Assembly (NCBI GenBank): GCA_963727505.1
Contig: CAVSGP010000004.1
Span: 1 to 64,000 of the forward strand
Direction of reading: 5' to 3'
Origin: an uncultured Trueperaceae bacterium
Lineage (GTDB): Bacteria > Deinococcota > Deinococci > Deinococcales > Trueperaceae
DNA: 64,000 nt
Below, piece by piece: positions 57,181 to 64,000 of this stretch. Below the pieces are notes generated by a model, which made no database searches, was not told where the DNA came from, and saw nothing but the letters and a program-made list of their open reading frames with translations. The position numbers and the translations under genes are program-made. Numbering within the stretch: the stretch's first letter is position 1; every line of letters begins with the position of its first letter.

Positions 57181-58476
57181 TCAGGACGATCCGGCCATCG
57201 TACTACCGCTCTCGCCGGGAACGTCCCCGCTCCGGTCGGCGCGCCTCAGACGGGCGATGTAGAAGCCGTCGAGCCCGTCCTCGGGAAGAACGTAGATGCC
57301 GGCGCCTGCCGGCACATGGGAGACGGGGCACGTCACGCTCTCGCTGCGGTAGTCGGCATGCCGCTCCAGGAAGGCCCGGATCTGCACCTCACCCTCCGTG
57401 TCGGTCAGCGAACACACCGCATACACCAGGCGTCCCCCCGGCGCGGTCAACGCGGCGGCGGTGTCGAGCATGGCGCGCTGGCGGGCCGCAGCCCGGTCCA
57501 CGTCCTGCGGGGCGAGCCTCAGCTTGATCTCGGGATGCCCTCGAAGGGTGCCGGTACCGGTGCAGGGCGCGTCGAGCAGCACGGCCTCGGCGGCCGGTTG
57601 CCCGACGGGCTGCGTGAGGTCGGCGGTGAGGTGCTCGGCCTCGAAACCGAGCCGCGCAAGGTTGCTCCTGCGCGCGGCCTCCTTGCGGGGATCGACATCG
57701 ACCGCTGTGACGGCGGCGCCAGCGGCCGCCAGTTGGGCGGTCTTGATGCCGTTACCAGCGGCCAGGTCCAGCACGCGCTCGCCGCGCCGCACCTCCAGCG
57801 CCAGCACCGGAAGCGAGGATGCTGGGTTCTGGGGTTGCACCAGTCCGTCTCGGAAGGCGCGCAGGCGGTCGAGCGGCAGCGGGGCGCGCACCCGCAGGGT
57901 GCCCTCGATGGGTCCCGGACGGACATCGCAGCCGTCGGCCGCCAGGCTCGCCGCGGCGCGCTCGTCGTAGCTCCGAAGCCACATCGGTCCCGGCTCCAAC
58001 ATGGCGCGTGCCGCCCGTTCGGCGGCTTCGGGGCCGACCGCGGCCTCGAAGCGCTCTGCGAGCCAGGCCGGCACGATCCGTCGCAGCTCGTCCGCTCCGC
58101 GCGGCGCCTCCACGCGACGCAACACGGCGTTGGCGAGTCCGGCGAGCTTGGGCTCGTCGGACTTGACCGCTTCCACCCAGGCGTGCACGGCCGCATGTCG
58201 GGGCGTACCCCGGACCAGCAGGTCGTAGGTGCCCAGGCGCAGAGCGGCCCGCGTCCGCTCGGGCAGCCGCTCCGGAGCGCGCAGGCGCGGCGCCAGCGCG
58301 GCGTCGACCCAGTCCAGCCGCCGCAGCGTGCCGTAGCTCAGATCGGTGACGAACGACCGGTCCATGCCCTCCAGGTCGGAGGCGTCGAGGGCGCTGCGCA
58401 GCGTGGGCGCAAGGAAAGCGCCGCGCAGAACGCGGCGCAGGATGTCGATGGCGAGGATGCGGGCCTGGGTGTGCAA
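57181..58476 (-). CDS. rsmB: RsmB/NOP 16S rRNA m5C methyltransferase with NusB-like N-terminus
   Basis: L.YGTLRR, NAVLRR, VLDLAAG.G.KT, DAPCTGTG, YAVCS. Confidence 0.88.
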   Translation of the reverse strand: MHTQARILAIDILRRVLRGAFLAPTLRSALDASDLEGMDRSFVTDLSYGTLRRLDWVDAALAPRLRAPERLPERTRAALRLGTYDLLVRGTPRHAAVHAWVEAVKSDEPKLAGLANAVLRRVEAPRGADELRRIVPAWLAERFEAAVGPEAAERAARAMLEPGPMWLRSYDERAAASLAADGCDVRPGPIEGTLRVRAPLPLDRLRAFRDGLVQPQNPASSLPVLALEVRRGERVLDLAAGNGIKTAQLAAAGAAVTAVDVDPRKEAARRSNLARLGFEAEHLTADLTQPVGQPAAEAVLLDAPCTGTGTLRGHPEIKLRLAPQDVDRAAARQRAMLDTAAALTAPGGRLVYAVCSLTDTEGEVQIRAFLERHADYRSESVTCPVSHVPAGAGIYVLPEDGLDGFYIARLRRADRSGDVPGESGSTMAGSS

Positions 58477-58506
58477 CGAGGGACCCCGTGTGCCCGGCGG
58501 GGCCGG

Positions 58507-59190
58507 CTAGCGCCGGGCGGCGCCGAGGAAGTAGAGCAGGTAGGCGATGGAGGTGGCGGCCGCGGCAACGTAGGTCATGGCGGCGGCAGTGAGCACCTTC
58601 CGGGCTCCCCCCTGGTCCTGTGCGGTGACGAGGCCGAGGCGCTGGAGCTGCCCGAGGGCGCGGCGGCTGGCGTCGAACTCGACCGGCAGCGTCACCAGGT
58701 GGAAGACCACCGCGGCCCCGAACAGCACGATGCCGACCGTGAGAAGTGGTTTCCCGGCGACGCCGAGCAGCAGGCCGAAGAAGGCCAGCATCGGGCCGAA
58801 CTGGCTACCGATGTTGGCGGCGGGAAGGATGGCCGTACGCCACGACAGCGGAGCGAAGGACCGCGCATGCTGGATGGCGTGCCCCGTTTCGTGGGCCGCC
58901 ACCGCCATGCCGGCCACGCTGGCGCTGCGGAAGTTGTCGGCCGAGAGGCGGACCACCTTCTTGGACGGGTCGTAGTGGTCGGTGAGCTGCCCCTGCACGG
59001 CCTCGACCTTCACGTCGCCGATGCCGTTGGCCTCCAAGATGGCGCGCGCCACTTCGGCGCCGCTCAGCCCGGCGGTGTTGGCACGCTTCATCCAGGTCCC
59101 GTAGGTGCTCTTGAGCCAGCCCTGGATGGCGAGCGACGCGATGAACGCCACGATGCCGATGAGGTAATATCCGTAGAAGCCGAAGACCAT
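58507..59190 (-). CDS. Putative neutral zinc metallopeptidase (YugP family)
   Basis: LTDHYDP, AAHETGHAIQH, TLPVEFDASRRA, AAAMTYVA. Confidence 0.92.
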   Translation of the reverse strand: MVFGFYGYYLIGIVAFIASLAIQGWLKSTYGTWMKRANTAGLSGAEVARAILEANGIGDVKVEAVQGQLTDHYDPSKKVVRLSADNFRSASVAGMAVAAHETGHAIQHARSFAPLSWRTAILPAANIGSQFGPMLAFFGLLLGVAGKPLLTVGIVLFGAAVVFHLVTLPVEFDASRRALGQLQRLGLVTAQDQGGARKVLTAAAMTYVAAAATSIAYLLYFLGAARR

Positions 59191-59389
59191 AGCCCCTTCT
59201 CGTCCTCCTTGCACGGCCACAGCGGCCGGAATGCGATCGAACCATAGGGCGCGCCTCAAGAACGACGCGCCGACTTGAGCTAAGTATACTCAGGTTCTAT
59301 GAGAAGGCATGACAAGCCAGGGCACGGTCGGGCGTCGTGCGGCCGGCCGGCCTCGGCGGGCGGTCGCTCGCTGCGCGACCGCGCCGAGC

Positions 59390-59665
59390 TCAGGGCCTGG
59401 CGACCTCCATGGACACCACCGCGAAACGTACCGCCGTGCGTTCCTCGTTCTGAAGCTCGAGCTTGACGAACGACGGCCACGTGCGCAGGTCCAGGCCCTC
59501 CGCCTCGATGTACGAGCGTGCGATCGCGATCGCCTTCACGGCCTGGTTCACAGCATGAGGACCGATCGCTTGGACCTCGACTTCCCCCTCGTTGCGAAGG
59601 AGCGCGGCGATGGCCCCGGCGACCGAGTTGGGTCGCGACGATCCGGAGACGCGTAGGACTTCGAT
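59390..59665 (-). CDS. spoVS: Stage V sporulation protein S family (SpoVS), 91 aa, apparent ATC start; absent from the ORF track
   Basis: IEVLRVSGSSRPNSVAGAIAALLR...QAIGPHAVNQAVKAIAIARSY...ERTAVRF; AGGAGG SD 6 nt upstream; in-frame TGA 12 codons upstream. Confidence 0.92.
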   Translation of the reverse strand: MEVLRVSGSSRPNSVAGAIAALLRNEGEVEVQAIGPHAVNQAVKAIAIARSYIEAEGLDLRTWPSFVKLELQNEERTAVRFAVVSMEVARP

Positions 59666-59860
59666 GGTGGACCTCCTGGGGTTCCCGTCTCGGTCGAGTC
59701 ACCCCCATCCGGACCTCGATCACAACGGATGGGCTCCCAGTGGCTCGCCCTTCGACGACGTGCGTGACTCCTTCTGTTTCCCTTCCTGGCTCGGTTCGAG
59801 TCCCTCTAGTGTGCGGCATGGGAGGCGCGCCTCGCAAGCGCAAGCGCCACGTCGCCATCC

Positions 59861-59890
59861 TTGACACTCGGGCGGGCCGCTCCGTATACT
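59861..59890 (+). promoter_or_regulatory. Sigma-A promoter of the ilv-leu operon
   Basis: TTGACA-18 nt-TATACT. Confidence 0.8.
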
Positions 59891-59898
59891 CCCCCCCA

Positions 59899-59970
59899 AT
59901 GACGAGCGCCCCCTATCCGGATGCGATGATCCACGACCTACAGCTAGGTCCAGGGGGCTCTACGGTTTAG
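59899..59970 (+). CDS. Putative ilv leader peptide MTSAPYPDAMIHDLQLGPGGSTV
   Basis: ATG at the expected transcription start; Ile, two rare CTA-Leu codons and Val; ends just before a terminator. Confidence 0.55.
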   Translation: MTSAPYPDAMIHDLQLGPGGSTV

Positions 59971-59991
59971 ACGCTTCGGCTGAGAGCCTGT

Positions 59992-60031
59992 GGCCCCGCC
60001 TCCTTCGGAAAGGCGGGGCCTTTTTCGTTTT
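59992..60031 (+). terminator. Attenuator terminator upstream of ilvB
   Basis: GGCCCCGCCT-ccttcggaa-AGGCGGGGCC followed by TTTTTCGTTTT, between the promoter and ilvB. Confidence 0.88.
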
Positions 60032-60070
60032 CGACGCGACGGCAACACGAGAGATGAGGTAGGAGGAGCC

Positions 60071-61777
60071 ATGAATGGTGCAGAAGCCCTGTTGAAGGCG
60101 TTGGAGCGCCACGGTGTGGACACCGTCTTCGGCCACCCCGGAGGCGCGATCCTGCCGGTCTACGATGCCCTCTACGATTCGCCGATCAAGCACGTCCTGG
60201 TGCGTCACGAGCAGGCGGGCGCCCACGCCGCCGACGCCTACTACCGGGCCTCGGGCCGGGTCGGGGTGTGCTTCGCGACCAGCGGACCGGGGGCGACCAA
60301 CCTCGTCACCGGCCTGGCCACCGCGCAGATGGACTCCTCGGCCGTGGTGGCCGTGACCGGGAACGTGGCGACCGCGCTCATCGGTACGGACGCCTTCCAG
60401 GAGGCCGACGTCTACGGCATCACCGGTCCCGTGACCAAGCACAACTATCTGGTCAAGAATGTCGACGACATCCCGCGGGTGGTGGCCGAGGCCTTCCACA
60501 TCGCGTCCACCGGCCGGCCCGGGCCGGTCCTGATCGACCTCCCCAAGGATGTGCAGCAGGCCGAGTTCCACGGCACCTTCGACGTCGAGGTCGACCTGCC
60601 CGGTTACCGTCCGACGGTGACGGGGCACGCCAAGCAGGTTCGCAAGGCGGCCGAGGCCATCCGCGCAGCCAGACGCCCCGTGATGATGGTCGGCGGTGGC
60701 GGCCAGGTGGCTTCGGAGGAGGTCATGGCCTTCGCGCGCAAGACGGGGATCCCGGTCATCACGACCCTGATGGGCATCGGTGCGTACCCCGCTGGCGAGC
60801 GGCAGGCGCTGGGCATGCCCGGCATGCACGGAACGGTGACGGCGAACCGCGCCATCACCCACTGTGACCTCATCCTGGGAACGGGTCTGCGGTTCGACGA
60901 CCGGGTCACCGGCAAGATCAGCCGCTTCGCCCCCAACGCCACCGTGGTCCACGTCGACATCGATCCGGCCGAGATCTCGAAGCTGGTGAAGGCGCACGTG
61001 CCCGTGGTGGGGGACCTTCGCGAAGTGCTCCCCAGGCTTGCCGAGGCGCTCGAGCGCCTGGAGATCGACGACTGGTGGGCGCAACTCGAGGAGTGGAAGG
61101 GGATGTACCCCGAGCGCTACAAGACCACTCAGCCGCTGGTGTCGCAGGAGGTGATCCAGCTCCTGCGCCGGGCCACGGGCGGCGAGTGCGTCGTCGCAAC
61201 CGAGGTGGGGCAGCACCAGATGTTCGCCGCGCGGCTGTTCCCGACCACGCGACCGCGCACCTTCATCACGTCGGGAGGTCTCGGCACCATGGGCTTCGGC
61301 CTTCCCGCCGCCATCGGAGCGGCCTTCGCGCGCCCCGGCGAACAGGTGGTCCTGATCGCCGGCGACGGCAGCGTGCAGATGAACATCCAGGAGCTCGCGA
61401 CGCTCTACAAGCACCAGCTTCCCGTGGTGGTGGCCATTCTCAACAACGGCGTCCTCGGCATGGTCCGGCAATGGCAGGAGATGTTCAGCGCCAAGCGCTA
61501 CAGCGAGATCTACCTGGCAGACTCCAACCCGGACTTCGCCAAACTGGCGGAGGCTTACGGGATCGACGGGTACAACGTCTTCGACCGCGAGACGGCGGCC
61601 GAGGTCGTGCCCCGGGTTCTCGCCAAGGGCAAGCCGGCGGTCATCAACTTCTTCGTCTACGAGGCCGAGAAGGTCTTCCCGATGATCCCTGCGGGGGCCG
61701 GCGTGGACGAGATGATCGTCGGAGATCAGGAGCCCGACGGCACGCCCTCCAACGACCCGTCGGAGGTGCCCGCGTGA
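60071..61777 (+). CDS. ilvB: Acetolactate synthase large subunit
   Basis: FGHPGGAILP, RHEQ, TSGPGATN, GMPGMHG, RFDDRVTG, GDGS.QMN. Confidence 0.97.
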   Translation: MNGAEALLKALERHGVDTVFGHPGGAILPVYDALYDSPIKHVLVRHEQAGAHAADAYYRASGRVGVCFATSGPGATNLVTGLATAQMDSSAVVAVTGNVATALIGTDAFQEADVYGITGPVTKHNYLVKNVDDIPRVVAEAFHIASTGRPGPVLIDLPKDVQQAEFHGTFDVEVDLPGYRPTVTGHAKQVRKAAEAIRAARRPVMMVGGGGQVASEEVMAFARKTGIPVITTLMGIGAYPAGERQALGMPGMHGTVTANRAITHCDLILGTGLRFDDRVTGKISRFAPNATVVHVDIDPAEISKLVKAHVPVVGDLREVLPRLAEALERLEIDDWWAQLEEWKGMYPERYKTTQPLVSQEVIQLLRRATGGECVVATEVGQHQMFAARLFPTTRPRTFITSGGLGTMGFGLPAAIGAAFARPGEQVVLIAGDGSVQMNIQELATLYKHQLPVVVAILNNGVLGMVRQWQEMFSAKRYSEIYLADSNPDFAKLAEAYGIDGYNVFDRETAAEVVPRVLAKGKPAVINFFVYEAEKVFPMIPAGAGVDEMIVGDQEPDGTPSNDPSEVPA

Positions 61778-62304
61778 GTGCCGCTCGCCACGTGATGAGC
61801 GTGACCGTGCGCGACCGTCCCGGCGTGCTGGTCCGCATCGCCGGGCTCTTCGCCAGGCGCGGCTTCAACATCGAGTCGTTGTCGGTGGCGCAGTCCGAGG
61901 AACCGGGCGTCAGCCGGACCACCTTCGTCGTCAACGGCGAGGACTCCGTCCTGGAGCAGGTCCAGAAGCAGCTCCAGAAGCTGATCGATGTCATCAAGGT
62001 GATGGACCACAGCCAGGCGAAGTTCGTCGACCGCGAGCTGATGCTCATCAAGGTCGCGGTGCGCACCCCCGAGGACCGGGTGGAGATCCGCCAGATCGCG
62101 CAGGACTTCCGCGCCCGCATCGTCGACGTGGCCCGCCACGCGCTCGTCTTCGAAGTCACCGGGGACGAGGGCAAGATGAACGCCTTCATCGCCCAGATGC
62201 GCGACTTCGGGATCGTCGAGCTCATCCGCACCGGTCGCGTGGCGCTGCCGCGCAGCGAGTCCGACCCCGAGCGACTACCCTCGGTCCGGTCTCGAGCCGC
62301 CTGA
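61774..62304 (+). CDS. ilvN: Acetolactate synthase small subunit
   Basis: PGVLVRIAGLFARRGFNIESLSV, QLQKLIDV, RELMLIKV, RTG.VAL. Confidence 0.96.
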   Translation: MSAARHVMSVTVRDRPGVLVRIAGLFARRGFNIESLSVAQSEEPGVSRTTFVVNGEDSVLEQVQKQLQKLIDVIKVMDHSQAKFVDRELMLIKVAVRTPEDRVEIRQIAQDFRARIVDVARHALVFEVTGDEGKMNAFIAQMRDFGIVELIRTGRVALPRSESDPERLPSVRSRAA

Positions 62305-62439
62305 GCTCGCCGCTTCCGTATCCACCGGCAGCCGGGCGCCAGACCCGGACACCCCCACCGTGCGCCGGTTCGCCGCACCGCGGTCCCCGACGGTCCGTGC
62401 GTAACCGAGCAACCCTCGAACGAAGGAGATCCCCTCAGC

Positions 62440-63441
62440 ATGGCGACCATCTACTACGACGACGACGCGAACCTCGAGCACCTCAGCGGCCAGACCATCG
62501 CCGTGATCGGCTACGGCTCCCAGGGGCATGCCCACGCCCTCAACGCCAAGGAGTCCGGCCTGGACGTGGTGGTCGGGCTGCGAAAGGGCTCGGCGTCCTG
62601 GCAGCAGGCGGAGAAGGCGGGCCTCAAGGTGATGGACGTCGACGCCGCCGCCGAGGCCGGTGACCTGGTGATGGTGTTGCTCCCGGACGAGGTCCAGGGC
62701 GCCGTCTACCGCGAGCAGATCGCCCCGCACCTGCACGACGGGAATGCCTTGTTGTTCGCGCACGGCTTCAACATCCACTTCCACCAGGTACAGCCGCCGG
62801 CCGGCGTCGACGTCTTCATGATCGCTCCGAAGGGACCGGGGCACCTGGTGCGCCGGGTGTACACCGAGGGGGCAGGGGTGCCCTGCCTGGTCGCCATCCA
62901 CCAGGACGCCTCCGGCACCGCCATGCAGCGGGCGCTGGCGTATGCCAAGGCCATCGGGGGTACGCGTGGAGGCGTGCTGGAAACGACCTTCAAGGAGGAG
63001 ACCGAGACCGATCTGTTCGGCGAGCAGTCGGTGCTGTGCGGCGGCGTGACGTCGCTGATGGAGGCGGGGTTCGAGACCCTGGTCGACGCGGGGTATCAGC
63101 CCGAGATCGCCTACTTCGAGTGCGTGCACGAGATGAAGCTGATCGTGGACCTGATCTACGAAGGTGGCTTCGAACGGATGCGCTACAGCATCTCCAACAC
63201 GGCCGAGTACGGCGACTACCTGACCGGCCCCAGGATCGTGACCGACGACACGCGTGAAGAGATGAAGCGTGTGCTGCGCGATATCCAGACCGGTTCGTTC
63301 GCTCGTGAGTTCCTGCTGGAGAACCAGGTGGGACAGCCGCGCTTGAAGGCGCAGCGTCGCGCGACGGGGGAGACGCTGGTGTCGCAGGTGGGACGCAAGC
63401 TCCGCAAGATGATGCCGTTCATCGCGAAGGGCAACGCCTGA
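62440..63441 (+). CDS. ilvC: Ketol-acid reductoisomerase
   Basis: [37 protein letters not shown]. Confidence 0.97.
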   Translation: MATIYYDDDANLEHLSGQTIAVIGYGSQGHAHALNAKESGLDVVVGLRKGSASWQQAEKAGLKVMDVDAAAEAGDLVMVLLPDEVQGAVYREQIAPHLHDGNALLFAHGFNIHFHQVQPPAGVDVFMIAPKGPGHLVRRVYTEGAGVPCLVAIHQDASGTAMQRALAYAKAIGGTRGGVLETTFKEETETDLFGEQSVLCGGVTSLMEAGFETLVDAGYQPEIAYFECVHEMKLIVDLIYEGGFERMRYSISNTAEYGDYLTGPRIVTDDTREEMKRVLRDIQTGSFAREFLLENQVGQPRLKAQRRATGETLVSQVGRKLRKMMPFIAKGNA

Positions 63442-63490
63442 CCCGGCGGCCGACGGCGCGACCGGGACGTAGGAGAGAGAGTCGATCGAC

Positions 63491-64000
63491 ATGGCCCACA
63501 TCAAGATCTTCGACACCACGCTGCGCGACGGCGAGCAGTCGCCGGGCGTCGCGCTCAACACCAAGGAGAAGGTCGAGATCGCGCGCCAACTGGCGCGTCT
63601 CGGCGTGGACGTGATCGAAGCGGGGTTCCCGATCGCGTCGGAGGGGGACTTCCAGTCGGTGCGCGAGATCGCGCGGGCCATCCAGGGAGAGGACGAGCGC
63701 GTGGTCGTCGCCGGCCTGGCGAGAGCCTCCAAAGGCGACATCGAGCGCGCTGCCCAGGCCGTCGAGGGAGCCGCCCGCCCGCGGATCCACACCTTCATCG
63801 CGACCAGCCCCATCCACATGGAGAAGAAGCTGAAGCTCACGGCCGACCAGGTGGTCGAGCGGGCGATCGAAGCCGTGCGCTTGGCCAAGAGCTACGTCGA
63901 TGACGTGGAGTTCAGCGCCGAGGACGCCGGCCGGAGCGACCGTGCCTTCCTGGTGCGCATCTTCACCGAGGCCATCAGGGCCGGGGCCACGACGATCAAC
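63491..64000 (+). CDS. leuA: 2-isopropylmalate synthase (runs off the window end)
   Basis: [41 protein letters not shown]. Confidence 0.95.
   Translation, partial: MAHIKIFDTTLRDGEQSPGVALNTKEKVEIARQLARLGVDVIEAGFPIASEGDFQSVREIARAIQGEDERVVVAGLARASKGDIERAAQAVEGAARPRIHTFIATSPIHMEKKLKLTADQVVERAIEAVRLAKSYVDDVEFSAEDAGRSDRAFLVRIFTEAIRAGATTIN

Overview
High-GC bacterial chromosome segment, most consistent with Deinococcota (Trueperales/Deinococcales-like). Supporting signs: tmRNA tag GNNTYALAA, many TANNNT -10 boxes 5-8 nt before start codons, Thermus-like monofunctional proline dehydrogenase and SpoVS. Contents in order: 3' end of a probable type IV pilin followed by two O-antigen-ligase-like genes and a DegT sugar aminotransferase; SAM-I riboswitch with metY-metX; ssrA; an MsmK-like ATPase; ABC-F, FAH, MBL hydrolase, purN-purD; dxs; tRNA-Asp/Phe/Thr followed by a ~1.5-kb decayed island bounded by a tRNA-Thr 3' repeat; csp, fatty acid desaturase and HlyIII; a Chlamydia/spirochaete/Bacteroidota-type V-ATPase operon (E-C'-A-B-D-I-K) with a Na+-type K ring; proline utilisation genes divergent from a LIV-type ABC transporter; a Crp regulator; a peptide ABC transporter; manA; lon; a beta-CASP nuclease; rsmB; spoVS; and ilvBNC-leuA with an attenuator. 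Most notable observations: (1) six operon junctions are bridged by 6-16-codon mini-ORFs that start inside the upstream stop codon region and end on or next to the downstream start; (2) spoVS, absent from the ORF track, appears to start at ATC; (3) a switch-like structured leader sits before the V-ATPase; (4) a candidate pilin O-glycosylation locus. All assignments come from reading motifs by eye; no database searches were run.
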